Assembly (NCBI RefSeq): GCF_000525995.1
Contig: NZ_AODL01000007.1
Span: 347,252 to 379,251 of the forward strand
DNA from: Listeria riparia FSL S10-1204
GTDB lineage: Bacteria; Bacillota; Bacilli; Lactobacillales; Listeriaceae
Reading direction: 5' to 3'
DNA length: 32,000 nt
A program made the translations under genes and the position numbers. This document shows positions 16,213-26,561 of the stretch, piece after piece. How positions within the stretch are numbered: position 1 is the stretch's first letter; the number at the start of each line of letters is the position of its first letter. The notes below the pieces were generated by a model. That model saw only the letters and a program-made list of their open reading frames with translations, ran no database searches and was not told where the DNA came from.

Positions 16213-17334
16213 TCAATGAAACGGACAACCGCCACGTTTTACGGGAACAATGTCTTCCCGGTGAAAAGGCGCTTCTTGATAGAAAAAATTAGGTTTGATA
16301 ATTTTATTTGGATAGCGTTGATGGAAAATGTGTGTCGTGGCTGGTGAAACTGGTGGGATGAGCCATGCCCATTCTCCGGTGACTTCACGTCCTGCTTTTT
16401 GCTCGTTTGTTTCGAATTGGCCAAATTGACGGGCCGCGGTGTGATGGTCTACGATTTGGACTTTAGCTTTGTGATAGGAATCGAGGACGGCGACGTTTAG
16501 TTCGACTAATGCGCGATCCTTCCATAGAGAGTCGAGCCTCTTCGTGTTGAGACCGATTTTTTCTGCGACGGCGGTGAGTTGGTTGTAACGTCCTTCGTCA
16601 GCAAAATTGCGGGCGCCGATTTCGGTTTCCATATACCAGCCGTTGAATGGTGCGGCTTGATAGGTTAGCCCACCGATTTCGAGCTTCATTTCGGAAATGA
16701 TGGGCACGGCGTACCAGCGCAAACCAAGTTCGGCGATTCCTGGATAGTCTGGATGCGCGATGGGGACTTCTAGTACAAGCTTGGGTGGGATTTCGGTGTA
16801 TGTCGGAGATGACTCGTGACTTTCCTGAAAAACGAATGGCAAAATATCAAACGGTGTCCGGGCGCCACGCCAGCCAAGTTGTTCGCAGATTTTGGTGAAT
16901 GCGACGGAGGCTGGGTCACCAATCACGCCTTGTTCTGTCTCGTAACCTGCGTACCGTATTAATTGGTGATTCCAAATACGAGGTCCGTCCTCACCCGGTT
17001 TAAAAATCGTGATGTATGGCCGTATTTGCCCGCCATTCGTTGCTTTTTCGATATGGGTGAACAATGCGGATTGGATTTCATGCGCCGTCACAGCATCGCG
17101 GGCATCAACGACTTGAATCCGATCCCAAAAAAGCCTACCAACACAGCGATTACTGTTTCGCCACGCCATTTTTGCCCCGATGGTTAGTTCTTCTAACGTA
17201 TGCGTGTATGTACCAGTTTGCGTGATTTCTTCGTGTATCTCATCGATTCTGCTTTTGATTTCCGAGTTACTTCTGGAAAGCTCGTTATAAGCTTGCGTAA
17301 TAAATTGTTCTGCTTCTTGCATATTTACTTTCAT
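16213..17334 (-). CDS. nos: Bacterial nitric-oxide synthase, oxygenase domain.
   Basis: The heme-thiolate motif [13 protein letters not shown] is present, along with strong collinear NOSoxy signatures ([42 protein letters not shown]). I chose the ATG at 17334 ([11 protein letters not shown], 373 aa) with an upstream GGAAAGGAAG. The longer track ORF (to 17469) would run through the upstream terminator. Confidence 0.92.
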   Translation of the reverse strand: MKVNMQEAEQFITQAYNELSRSNSEIKSRIDEIHEEITQTGTYTHTLEELTIGAKMAWRNSNRCVGRLFWDRIQVVDARDAVTAHEIQSALFTHIEKATNGGQIRPYITIFKPGEDGPRIWNHQLIRYAGYETEQGVIGDPASVAFTKICEQLGWRGARTPFDILPFVFQESHESSPTYTEIPPKLVLEVPIAHPDYPGIAELGLRWYAVPIISEMKLEIGGLTYQAAPFNGWYMETEIGARNFADEGRYNQLTAVAEKIGLNTKRLDSLWKDRALVELNVAVLDSYHKAKVQIVDHHTAARQFGQFETNEQKAGREVTGEWAWLIPPVSPATTHIFHQRYPNKIIKPNFFYQEAPFHREDIVPVKRGGCPFH

Positions 17335-17378
17335 CGCTCTGCTTCCTTTCCGTTCGGTATTTCCTTTATTGTACCACG

Positions 17379-17411
17379 AAAAAACAAGAGAAGTTCTCTT
17401 TGCTTCCCTTG
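17379..17411 (-). terminator. Rho-independent terminator downstream of the lipoprotein gene.
   Basis: The minus transcript reads CAAGGGAAG-caaagagaa-CTTCTCTTG, a 9-bp stem with one G-U pair, followed by TTTTTT. Confidence 0.6.
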
Positions 17412-17425
17412 TTTTAAAATTAGAA

Positions 17426-18035
17426 TTAGTGCGATACACGCAATTGTCCGAGACGCTTAATTTCAGCAATAATCGCGTTTCTTTCTGATTGTGTTAAGTT
17501 AGGATTATTCAGTTTTTTCTTCTCAGTAGCAATTAGACGACCTTTTTCTTCTCCCGTAATCGTGCCAGATTCTTTGTTTTGGCTGAGATTGTACGGTCTG
17601 CTTTTGTTCCGATTGTTTTGGGGCTGGTGTTGTCGTTTCTGCTTTCGGTGTTTGTTTTGGGGCTGTGCTTGTTGTCTCTTGTTTCGCTGGTGTCTTGGTC
17701 TTTGGTGTTTCTGTTTCCGCACTGGCTGTAGTTTGTTCCTGACTACTTTCTTCTTTGGCCTCAGCTTTTGCCTTGGTTTCCGCTTCTGCCCTCACTTTAT
17801 TTTCCGACTCTACTTTCGCCTTTGCGTCTGCTTCAGCTTTGTGCAATGCGGCCAAATTCGCGTTAGCATCTTTCAATTCGGTGTTTTCTTCTTTGATTTT
17901 ATTGACTTCTTTACTCAGCGCCTCAATCTTTTCTTCGGCTTTCTTCAAGTCTGCATTGTCCTTCTCTGCGGTGTTATCGCCACATCCAGCAAGTGCAAAC
18001 GATGCTAAAAGCGCAATTCCTAGTAGTTTCTTCAT
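17426..18035 (-). CDS. Coiled-coil/low-complexity lipoprotein, with the two halves in different frames.
   Basis: ATG is at 18035 and the lipobox is [18 protein letters not shown]. An E/K/A-rich coiled-coil and a P/T/K/Q-rich region follow. Frame A stops at 17523. The overlapping frame B continues ..[50 protein letters not shown] to 17426, right before a terminator. Dropping one A at 17577-17580 would join them. The exact indel site is not determinable, because 200 nt are open in both frames. Confidence 0.7.
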
Positions 18036-18091
18036 ACATGTAACACTCCCTTTATATTTTCCTATAGCTATTATAGTATATATAGTAGAAA

Positions 18092-18129
18092 AAGTAAACA
18101 AAAAGACCAATCTGCTAAAACTGGTCTTT
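18092..18129 (-). terminator. Rho-independent terminator after the DUF1295 gene.
   Basis: AAAGACCA (18102-18109) pairs with TGGTCTTT (18122-18129). The loop is 12 nt, and the sequence following on the minus strand is T-rich. Confidence 0.55.
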
Positions 18130-18137
18130 CAATCCGT

Positions 18138-18911
18138 CTAATTCTCCCGCTTTGGTAATGTTGGGATGAACTTCGACGTTCTTTTAGCGTAAGCTTGGAA
18201 GTCAGCACGGTCTTTGTATTTCTTCTCAAGTAAAGGCACGCCTGAAACAAAGAGGAGAAGTAGCGTAATAATAAGCGGACCAATGAATCCCCAAAGGGTT
18301 GCGGCGCTTGTTATCGTAATTAGATAAATACCCCACCAGCTTAGCGCTTCGCCAAAATAATTGGGATGGCGCGTATATTGCCAAAGTCCAGTCGTCATCA
18401 GCTTTCCTTTGTTCTCTGGCTTCTGCTTGAAGCGACGCAATTGCTCGTCCCCACCAACTTCAAATATAAAACCAACAAGCCAAACTACAATCCCAACATA
18501 ATTCCACCATAAAAATTCCGTTGCCGCAGTTGTATTCACAAGTAAAATCGGCAAGCTAATAATGTACAACAAGACACCTTGCAAAACAAAAACATTCAAA
18601 TATGTTTTCAGCTTAACAGCTTTTGTACCCCAACGCTTGCGCATATTAACGTAGCGATAATCTTCGGGTTTACCGATATTCCGTTTTGCTAAGTGGAAAA
18701 ATAAGCGCATGCCCCATATAAATACGAAAATGGTAACAAGCAAACCTTGCGTCGTCATTTGTCCTCCCCAGAAATACGTGTAAATAGCGACGATTACGAA
18801 GCCCGGTCCCCACGCCAAGTCAACGATGGAGTTGTTTTTTAATTTCTGTGCCCAGATGAAAATGATTGTGAAATAAATCCATAATAATAATCCTGCGATT
18901 CCATATACCAT
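18138..18911 (-). CDS. DUF1295 / steroid-5-alpha-reductase-like membrane protein.
   Basis: This is a 257-aa polytopic protein. It has [12 protein letters not shown] near the N-terminus and the characteristic [14 protein letters not shown] motif. Confidence 0.8.
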   Translation of the reverse strand: MVYGIAGLLLWIYFTIIFIWAQKLKNNSIVDLAWGPGFVIVAIYTYFWGGQMTTQGLLVTIFVFIWGMRLFFHLAKRNIGKPEDYRYVNMRKRWGTKAVKLKTYLNVFVLQGVLLYIISLPILLVNTTAATEFLWWNYVGIVVWLVGFIFEVGGDEQLRRFKQKPENKGKLMTTGLWQYTRHPNYFGEALSWWGIYLITITSAATLWGFIGPLIITLLLLFVSGVPLLEKKYKDRADFQAYAKRTSKFIPTLPKREN

Positions 18912-18915
18912 TGTG

Positions 18916-20686
18916 TTAATTCTCCTCCTCTAATTGTATTGCGATTGCGACACAGCCACTTCCTGCATTCATTGCGATGATAGACGATATTCCCATTACA
19001 TAAGCCGGTGCTTTACCAACCAGATTTGTGAAAAGGGCGGTGTATTCTGCTGCCCGTTCTGGTGTGTTGGCATGGACAATCGCGTAATCCGCCACGCTTC
19101 CTTGCGCCATCATTTTTTTTCACGCGCTTCACAATTTTGTTAGTGCTTCCAGTTAAGCTAAACGCAATGTCACTCACTATTCCTGCACCAGTTTCCGATA
19201 AAGACACGACTGGTTTTAAATTTAGCGTATTGCCAATCGCGCCACCCTTCTCGCCGAGTCGCCCGGAACGGATCATCGCGTCCAAATTTGGAACACTAAC
19301 AAAAATTTTCGTTCGTGTAATGCTTTGTTTCACAAAATGTTGAACTTCGTCAAATGTTTTCCCTGCCGCGATTTGTTCTGCTGCCGCTTTTACGATCAGA
19401 CCTTGCGCACCAGAGTTTTGCATCGTGTCTATTACAGCAACATTCGCTTTTATTCCCGTCGCTGCACGCTTGATTGTTTCATACGTACCACTAAGCTTGC
19501 CCGCTACCGTCAAAACAAGGATATCATCATAATGATTCGCCAAAAACGACAGTTGATTCGCAACCGCTTTTTCGTTTGGCTGCGAAGAACTTGGATACGT
19601 CTTGCTATCACTAATGTTTGTAAGCAATGTTTCCGTCGTCATCGTCAGTTTATCTAAATAAACATTGTCATTCCACGAAATCGGCAACGGAATCATCTGA
19701 ATTTGGTATTTCTCGAGTAAACTTGGTGGTAAATCAGCTACGGAATCAGTCACTAGCGCAATGCGATGTTTTCGGTGATGTATAACATCGTATTGATTTT
19801 GCATATCATCGACTTTTTGCTGAATCATTGTCCCTTGATTGCTTAAAAACTCCGACACGCTCTGCGGCTCATTTGTATGAATATGCACACGAACTTTCGT
19901 TTCATTTCCTGCTACAATTAGCGAATCTCCAAATTGCTTCAAATGTTCCGAAACGGCGTCCTGTGAAATCCCTTCTCCGCGAACTAATACTTCCGTGCAA
20001 TAACGAAATGTCGGCGGCTCGTCCAATTCCTCCTGAACCGAAAAAGCTGGCAAACTTTCTACTTTTGGAACATACGCTTTATTCCCAAGTGCCAGCGTAA
20101 ACCCTTCTACAAATGTGAAGAATCCTTTAGCACCAGCATCCACAACGCCTTTATCTCGTAGAACCGGTAACATTTTCGGTGTATTTTCCAATGTTTTTTT
20201 GGCATAATCCAAGGCATTCATCAGTGCATCTTGGAAGGCGATTCCTTTATTTGCAGCCTCGGAAATAGCTTCGGACCAGACTTTGATGAGCGTAATCATC
20301 GTTCCTTCGACTGGGTTTTCCACCGCATTATATGCATAATTCGCACCACCCGAAACACTTTTTGAGAAATCGCGTAAAGACATTTGTTTATCATCCGATA
20401 GATGAAAATGCATACCGTTAATGTACTGCGCGAAAATAATCCCTGAGTTCCCACGAGCGCCGAATAGTGCTGCTTCTGAAATCGTGTACAGCGTTTCTTT
20501 TACCGTGTTACCTATTTTTGAATCTTCGACAATCGAGTGCATCGTCTGCGCCAAGTTGCTCCCCGTATCCCCGTCTGCCACAGGAAAAACATTGATGGCG
20601 TTCAAGCCATCTTTTGCATGAATAACAGCTCTTGCCCCGCCTAAAAAAGCATGGTACAGCCGTTTACTATCTAAAAAATCTGTCAT
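18916..20686 (-). CDS. DAK2 (DhaL-like) domain - DegV fatty-acid-binding domain fusion protein, with the frame broken at a T8/A8 run.
   Basis: ATG at 20686 ([12 protein letters not shown]) follows GGGGGA. The DAK2 motif is [11 protein letters not shown]. The DegV part is [27 protein letters not shown].... The track ORF 19013..20809 diverges into nonsense at 19113-19120. ORF 18916..19113 (..[24 protein letters not shown]..) is the natural DegV C-terminus, and removing one A joins them into 589 aa. Confidence 0.85.
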
Positions 20687-20706
20687 ATCGATTCCCCCTA
20701 CTATTC

Positions 20707-21108
20707 TTAAATATGCCAAATCTTTGCTAACCAAAATACAATACCCGATGTTGCTGCTGTAACAAATGCGCCCCATACCAAATCCAGTACCGTAATCAAC
20801 ACAGGCCAATCTTTCAATGTCGCTAAATTAGTCAAATCATATGTCGCATAGCAAAGCAATCCTAAAAAAGCGCCTGCAAAAATCGCAAATGAAAGGCTAT
20901 CTTTAGCTAGTGCAGGTTCTATTACAAAAAATACAATCCCGCAAACAAACAATACATAAAACAATAACGCTGCACCAAATCGTACATTTCCAGCCATCAA
21001 ATCCCCTAGGTAATTTCTATACAAATTTTTAGCAATCAGGCCTAGCCAAATGGCATCAATTAGCAGGAAAACAACGAAGGCGATTCCAGCTAGCTTAGCA
21101 AAGTACAT
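20707..21108 (-). CDS. Small integral membrane protein (DUF2177-like).
   Basis: The 133-aa protein has 4 TM helices and starts MYFAKLAGIAFVVFLLIDAIWLG. It is preceded by GGAAAGG and by an extended -10 element TGTTATAAT (reverse complement of 21152-21160). Confidence 0.65.
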   Translation of the reverse strand: MYFAKLAGIAFVVFLLIDAIWLGLIAKNLYRNYLGDLMAGNVRFGAALLFYVLFVCGIVFFVIEPALAKDSLSFAIFAGAFLGLLCYATYDLTNLATLKDWPVLITVLDLVWGAFVTAATSGIVFWLAKIWHI

Positions 21109-21373
21109 AGTACCACGAACCTTTCCTATTTTATTTTCTTATGCTTGGTTTATTATAACAATCTAAAGGGGTGTTTAGCTATTTTTTTGATTTATGCGCA
21201 AACAAAGATCGGAACAAAACTCAAGACAAAGCAAAACTACCCAGCCATTTACTTTGGGCAGGACGAAAAATCTTGCTTTACACAAATTGAGAGAGAGCGT
21301 TTTCATTTAGGAAATTTGAAAAGGAATAACCGTTCACTTTGTTCGTGCTTATATTTGGGCTATGTTTCAAACT

Positions 21374-21401
21374 AAAAAAGACCAGTCAGGGGAAACTGGT
21401 C
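21374..21401 (-). terminator. Rho-independent terminator.
   Basis: GACCAGT (21380-21386) pairs with ACTGGTC (21395-21401). The loop is 8 nt, and the minus strand continues TTTTTT. Confidence 0.7.
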
Positions 21402-21555
21402 TAAAAAAAGGGAGTTTGTTAAGGGACAACACAATTAGAAAAAGGGGGGGGAAACTAATTGCTGTCCTTGCTTTACATTCTCTATAATACATGGCTTCGA
21501 TGAGATTATGCAGGGGCATTCATTAGAATTTCATGATAGTTTACGATGTTTTCAC

Positions 21556-21858
21556 TCATGTAAAGCTGTATTTCACCGTTCCTTGTAGTGTTACATCCTG
21601 AATCACTAAGTTTCGATGCGATATATTGTTTATATCACCGATTGCTTTAATTATAATGGCGCTTTCTGTATTTAAGTACGATAACATGATTTTTCTGTCA
21701 GATGGTTGTATTTCAAAGACAATATCCTCTGACTCCCCAATAGCTAGTTTTTTGACCGCTACTGTGGTTTTTTGCCCCTCAATATATAAAAATAATTTCT
21801 GCGCCAGTACTTGTGTTGCATTATTTTTCACTGTGATTGTGAACTGCATCTCTGCCAC
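21556..21858 (-). CDS. Hypothetical 100-aa protein.
   Basis: The ORF overlaps the 3' end of the upstream peptidase gene by 31 nt. No motif is recognised, and the sequence has beta-strand-rich character. Confidence 0.5.
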   Translation of the reverse strand: MAEMQFTITVKNNATQVLAQKLFLYIEGQKTTVAVKKLAIGESEDIVFEIQPSDRKIMLSYLNTESAIIIKAIGDINNISHRNLVIQDVTLQGTVKYSFT

Positions 21859-22703
21859 TCCTTATCATTAAAATTACTCCCAAACGGACAAGGTTTCGCA
21901 TTTTCATAATGTCCAACCACCGTAGTTCTCACTAGAAAAGTGTCGTATTTTTGCGTGTAAGCCAGAACCATGTCAGGAACTTCCTCCGCCAAACCCAATT
22001 TCTCCATTCCTGTAAAAGTACCTAAAATAATCCCGTTCGCCTTCTCAAAATAGCCTATTTGATCAAGTTGGGCTAAAAAAGTCGCAATCTTATTCCGATT
22101 ACCACTCATTGCCTCTAACAAAATCACCTCGCCATCAGGTTCTGGCAAATACTGCGTACCAGCGAGTTTCAGCAGACAACGAATGTTCCCGCCAATCACT
22201 GTCCCCGTGATATCCTGATTTTCTGAAACTATTTCATAAGGAATCTCTGCATTTTCACCCCTTACAAAAGCATTTTCAAACTGGCGTAATTGCAATTCCG
22301 TCTCATTTCCTGCCAAATGCAACAACTGATAGTTCCAGCCAGCAACTCCCGTTTTCGCAAAAATCGCGTTCAAAACTACCGTCAAATCACTATACCCAAC
22401 AAACGGCTTACCCGCCTTCTCGATTACAGCAAAATCCAAATACGGCAAAATCTCATTTGCCAAATCGCCACCTGAAATATCAAAAATCGCCTTGATTTCT
22501 GGATTTTGATACATCTCCATCAAATCCAACGCACGCGCACTAGCCTCTCTATCTTCATCTTCAAAAATCGAAGTCGACCGTATCGTTTTAATCCCGAATC
22601 GCTCCAGTAATAATCGTTCCACACACACCACATCCGCCTCACGGTCTCGCGTCCGAGCGTCCGAACAACCCACCAAACCAATTACATCTCCATTATGTAA
22701 CAT
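21828..22703 (-). CDS. S66-family LD-carboxypeptidase (LdcA/MccF-like).
   Basis: The sequence begins GDVIGLVGCSD. The nucleophile motif is GYSDLTVVLNAI, and there is a C-terminal GH..E pattern. I chose the ATG at 22703 (MLHNGD) after GGAGGGG. Confidence 0.8.
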   Translation of the reverse strand: MLHNGDVIGLVGCSDARTRDREADVVCVERLLLERFGIKTIRSTSIFEDEDREASARALDLMEMYQNPEIKAIFDISGGDLANEILPYLDFAVIEKAGKPFVGYSDLTVVLNAIFAKTGVAGWNYQLLHLAGNETELQLRQFENAFVRGENAEIPYEIVSENQDITGTVIGGNIRCLLKLAGTQYLPEPDGEVILLEAMSGNRNKIATFLAQLDQIGYFEKANGIILGTFTGMEKLGLAEEVPDMVLAYTQKYDTFLVRTTVVGHYENAKPCPFGSNFNDKEWQRCSSQSQ

Positions 22704-22848
22704 ACAAATCCCCTCCAAATCATGATAAGTGTAGCACATTTCACCTAAAGAAAATACCGATTATCGTTCCGAGACTAAATTTTCAGGAAGGTTAGCGCGT
22801 CTTACACGAGCAGGCTGCAAAACTAATTCCATCGTTATTTATATAATC

Positions 22849-22889
22849 CAAAAAAGTACACGCTCAATTCGAAAACTTGGGCGTGTACT
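22849..22889 (-). terminator. Rho-independent terminator of topB.
   Basis: AGTACACGC (22855-22863) pairs with GCGTGTACT (22881-22889), followed on the minus strand by TTTTTT. Confidence 0.7.
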
Positions 22890-22895
22890 CTTATC

Positions 22896-25040
22896 CTATT
22901 TTAGTTTTAATTTGGCAAGCGCTTCTGCCATCGGATTGTTGAATGGCTCATCTTCTTGTTTATTCTGCTTCTTCATATAATTAGCCACTTCTTTTTTGGA
23001 AACGTTTTTGTTCTTTTCGTTTCCGCGTCTGGCGTTGAATGAGGAGAGCTTTTCGCGGTAGCCGCAGGAACATGTGAAAATTTGTTTGTCACCTTCGCCG
23101 CGTAATTCCATGCGTTTATGACAATTTGGACAGCGGGCGTTTGTTGTTCTGGCAACAGCTTCACGGTGTCCGCATTCGCGATCTTGACAGACGAGCATCG
23201 TGCCTTTCTTGCCTTTGACGCGTAGCATTAGTTTGCCGCAGTCTGGACATTTTGTAGATGTGATATTGTCGTGTTTGAATTTCTTGTCGTTTTGCTTGAT
23301 TTCATTCACGGCTTTTTTGGCGTAGTCGCGCATTTCGGTAGTGAATGTTGTTTTATCCAGCTTGCCATTGGCGATTTTGGATAGTTTTTGCTCCCAAATC
23401 GCGGTTAGCTCTGGGGATTTCAAGTCTGTTGGCACGAGATCAAGCAGTTGACGGCCCTTAGAGGTAATCATGATGTCTTTGCCTTGCTTCTCGATGGAAA
23501 AACTGTTGAAAAGTTTCTCGATGATGTCCGCGCGTGTTGCGACAGTTCCTAATCCGCCGGTTTCGCCGAGTGTTTTGGCAAGGTCTTTTTTGCCGCTTGT
23601 TAGGCTCGGATTTTCCATTGCGGAAAGTAGGGTTGCTTCGTTGAAACGGGCTGGTGGCTTTGTTTTGCCGGTGTGAATCTGGATGTCGCGGACTTTGATT
23701 TGCTCGCCTTTTTTGAGTTTGGTAACGGTGTCTGTGTCGTTGTCTTCATTATAGACGGCTTTCCAACCGAGTGATTTCACGACTTTGCCTTTAAGACCGA
23801 ATGTTTCGTCGCCGATTTTAGCTTGGACGGCTGTTTCTTCGTACGTGAATGGTGCGGAAAGTACGGCCAAAAAGCGCTTCACAACAAGGTCGTAAATTTT
23901 GCGTTCGCGGTCGTTTAGATCGGACAAGCTTGGCGTTTCTTCGGTCGGGATAATGGCGTGGTGATCGCTTACTTTGCTATTATCGACGAACGATTTGTTG
24001 GCTTTGATTGGCTTGGATGCTACGGCACGTGCGGGTTTCGCGTAAGGACCGACACCACAAGCTTCGACGCGTTCTTTTAACGTCGGCACAATGTCATCCG
24101 AAATAAAGCGCGAATCGGTACGCGGATATGTCAACACTTTATGGCGCTCATACAAAGTTTGCATGATATTCAATGTTTCTTTTGCGGAAAAATCATAGCG
24201 CTTATTGGCGTCACGTTGCAATTCCGTCAAATCATACAAGCCTGGTGCATGTGTTTTCTTTTCCTTCACGGCCACGTCTGTAATAATCGCATCTTTGCCA
24301 CGTAAGCTCCGCGCCGTTTTCTCAGCTTCCGCCTCATCAAATGTCTGCCCTTTACTCCACGAAAAACTGCCCTGTTCCGTCACAGCTGTTAACTGATAAA
24401 ATTCTTTCGGCTTAAATTGGCGAATTTCTTCTTCACGTTGCGCAATCATCGCAAGTGTCGGCGTTTGTACACGTCCACAAGAAAGTTGGGCATTATACTT
24501 TGTCGTTAAAGCACGGGTAGCGTTAATGCCGACCACCCAATCTGCCTCAGAGCGAGCTTCAGCGGAACGATATAAGTTTTCGTAAGCTTTGCCTGGTTGC
24601 AGACGATTGAAACCTTCACGAATCGCCTTGTCGGTTACAGACGATATCCAGAGGCGTTTTATTGGCTTTTTGACTTTGGCATATTCAATAATCCAGCGAG
24701 CCACAAGTTCCCCTTCACGCCCAGCGTCCGTTGCAATGACGATTTCACTGACATCTTTACGCGTCATCAAACTCTTCACCGTTTCGTATTGCTTCCGTGT
24801 TTGCTTAATTGGCACGAGTTTCATTTTTTGCGGAAGCATTGGCAAATCTTCCATGTTCCACGATTTATATTTAGTGTCATAATTCTCTGGATCGGCGAGC
24901 GTGATCAAGTGACCGAGCGCCCATGTAACAATATATTTCGAGCCTTCCAAGTACCCGTTCTTCCCTTGCTTACAACCAAGAACGCGCGCAATATCTTTCC
25001 CAACAGAAGGCTTCTCTGCTAAAACTACTATTTTTGTCAT
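22896..25040 (-). CDS. topB: DNA topoisomerase III.
   Basis: The TOPRIM N-terminus is MTKIVVLAEKPSVGKDIARVLG. The active-site tyrosine motif is LTYPRTDSRFIS. Two C-terminal Cys4 zinc ribbons are present (CPDCGK...CQDRECGH and CPNCHK...CSCGY). Length is 714 aa. Confidence 0.95.
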   Translation of the reverse strand: MTKIVVLAEKPSVGKDIARVLGCKQGKNGYLEGSKYIVTWALGHLITLADPENYDTKYKSWNMEDLPMLPQKMKLVPIKQTRKQYETVKSLMTRKDVSEIVIATDAGREGELVARWIIEYAKVKKPIKRLWISSVTDKAIREGFNRLQPGKAYENLYRSAEARSEADWVVGINATRALTTKYNAQLSCGRVQTPTLAMIAQREEEIRQFKPKEFYQLTAVTEQGSFSWSKGQTFDEAEAEKTARSLRGKDAIITDVAVKEKKTHAPGLYDLTELQRDANKRYDFSAKETLNIMQTLYERHKVLTYPRTDSRFISDDIVPTLKERVEACGVGPYAKPARAVASKPIKANKSFVDNSKVSDHHAIIPTEETPSLSDLNDRERKIYDLVVKRFLAVLSAPFTYEETAVQAKIGDETFGLKGKVVKSLGWKAVYNEDNDTDTVTKLKKGEQIKVRDIQIHTGKTKPPARFNEATLLSAMENPSLTSGKKDLAKTLGETGGLGTVATRADIIEKLFNSFSIEKQGKDIMITSKGRQLLDLVPTDLKSPELTAIWEQKLSKIANGKLDKTTFTTEMRDYAKKAVNEIKQNDKKFKHDNITSTKCPDCGKLMLRVKGKKGTMLVCQDRECGHREAVARTTNARCPNCHKRMELRGEGDKQIFTCSCGYREKLSSFNARRGNEKNKNVSKKEVANYMKKQNKQEDEPFNNPMAEALAKLKLK

Positions 25041-25174
25041 TTTAAAATTCCTTTCTGGATTTGAGATACGTTTATTTTAACATAGAAAAGGATTACATGC
25101 GCATTGAGATTCTAAATACGACGCCGTACAATATTCACACTCTTTCATTGTCCATTCTTTTAAAAATAAAAGAC

Positions 25175-25222
25175 TAGACATTTAAAATAAAATGCGTATA
25201 ATAAAAAACAGAAAACGTTTTC
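25175..25222 (+). promoter_or_regulatory. Putative sigmaA promoter of the PTS EIIC gene with a cre-like palindrome.
   Basis: TAGACA (25175-25180), a 16-nt spacer, then TATAAT (25197-25202). This is followed by the perfect 12-bp palindrome GAAAACGTTTTC (25211-25222). The palindrome matches the core of the CcpA cre consensus but lacks the outer T/A positions. Confidence 0.45.
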
Positions 25223-25250
25223 GCAATTTTAAAAATGGAGGATTTTTTTC

Positions 25251-26537
25251 ATGAATAAATTTATGGAGTTACTCGGAGAAAAATTAATGCCACTTGCAGC
25301 TAAGCTCGGTGAAAATCGCTATTTAGGTAGTCTACGTGATGCTTTTATGTTAGCGTTTCCACTAACAATGTTTGGCTCGATAGCCGTTGTTCTAATGAAT
25401 TTACCGTTTTGGAGCGATTCTACAAAGGAGACATTACAACTTTATTTAGGTAACGCGCAAAGTGCAACGATGAGTATTATGACAGTGTTTGTCGTTTTTG
25501 GAATTGGTTATGCGCTTTCTAATTACTATAAAGTCGAAGCTATATACGGCGGGGCTATCGCGCTTGCCAGTTTTTTGATTTTAACGCCATTCTTTTTCAA
25601 TAGTGAAAAGGGAGAACTGATTACTGGTGCGCTTTCGCTAGATCGTTTGGGCGCCAAAGGGATGTTCATTGGTATGATTACGGCTTTCGTTGCCGCTGAG
25701 TTATATCGCTTTTTTGTTGGTCGGAATTGGACAATTAAGATGCCTCCTGGAGTACCGCCAGCTGTTGCTAAGTCCTTTGCAGCCTTGATTCCCGCTATTT
25801 TAACTTTATCTATTTTTCTACTTATTAATATTTTCGTGCAGGTGCTGTTTAACACAAACTTGCATGATGTCATTTATACAACGATTCAAAAACCGCTCGT
25901 CGGACTAGGTTCTGGAATTGTGCCGACGTTGATTGCCCTGTTCTTCGTTCAAGTACTGTGGTTCTTCGGGCTTCACGGCCAAATTATTGTCAATTCCGTG
26001 ATGGACCCGATTTGGAATACATTGATGCTCGAAAATTTGGATGCTTACAAAGCTGGGCTACCGTTGCCGCATATTATTACTAAGCCATTTATGGAAGTTT
26101 TCACAGTTGGGCTTGGTGGTTCTGGAATGACACTTGCCGTTGTTATTACGCTCGCCTTCTTTATGAAGAGTAAGCAAAGTAAGGAGATTGGTCGTCTGGC
26201 GCTTGGGCCTGGACTTTTCAATGTGAATGAGCCGATTTTATTTGGGATGCCGATTGTTCTTAACGCGACGATTTTAATTCCGTGGATACTTGCACCGCTT
26301 GTTGTTACGCTATTTAATTATCTCGTTATGGCTGCGGGTATTGTCCCACCGCCGACTGGAGTTGCCGTTCCGTGGACTGTTCCGATTATTATTAACGGGA
26401 TTTTAGCAACGAATTCATGGCTTGGTGGCGCACTCCAAGTAGTCGATTTCTTCATTGTCTTCCTGATTTGGTATCCGTTCTTGAAATTGGTTGACCGCAG
26501 TAATCTTGCTCGTGAAAATGAAGCAATACAGGAATAA
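25251..26537 (+). CDS. PTS lactose/cellobiose-family EIIC permease.
   Basis: This 428-aa polytopic protein begins MNKFMELLGEKLMPLAAKLGENRYLGSLRDAF, the typical EIIC (cel) N-terminus. It also has LWFFGLHG and NEPILFGMPIV motifs, and GGAGG lies upstream of the ATG. Confidence 0.9.
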   Translation: MNKFMELLGEKLMPLAAKLGENRYLGSLRDAFMLAFPLTMFGSIAVVLMNLPFWSDSTKETLQLYLGNAQSATMSIMTVFVVFGIGYALSNYYKVEAIYGGAIALASFLILTPFFFNSEKGELITGALSLDRLGAKGMFIGMITAFVAAELYRFFVGRNWTIKMPPGVPPAVAKSFAALIPAILTLSIFLLINIFVQVLFNTNLHDVIYTTIQKPLVGLGSGIVPTLIALFFVQVLWFFGLHGQIIVNSVMDPIWNTLMLENLDAYKAGLPLPHIITKPFMEVFTVGLGGSGMTLAVVITLAFFMKSKQSKEIGRLALGPGLFNVNEPILFGMPIVLNATILIPWILAPLVVTLFNYLVMAAGIVPPPTGVAVPWTVPIIINGILATNSWLGGALQVVDFFIVFLIWYPFLKLVDRSNLARENEAIQE

Positions 26538-26561
26538 CTCGCCTTTCTGCCCATCATGCGC

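Noticed and set aside
17334-17469. N-terminal extension of the NOS ORF (track start 17469); also the extended starts of 19013..20809, 17523..18110 and 21828..22739.
   Set aside because: The track uses the most upstream start. The extensions lack SD sequences, run through terminators or neighbouring genes, and encode non-homologous junk. The internal ATGs have good SDs and match family N-termini.
17562-18283. Track ORFs 17562..18008 (+), 17755..18141 (+) and 18071..18283 (-).
   Set aside because: The first two are antisense or alternative-frame products of the low-complexity lipoprotein gene. The third overlaps the 3' end of the DUF1295 gene out of frame and runs on across its terminator.
21145-21375. 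A 76-aa plus-strand ORF in the DUF2177/100-aa intergenic region, and a possible plus-strand promoter (TTGCTG-18-TATAAT near 21460-21490).
   Set aside because: The ORF has no SD and an implausible composition. The adjacent hairpin has its U-tract on the minus strand. The putative promoter would only drive antisense transcription and cannot be supported from sequence.
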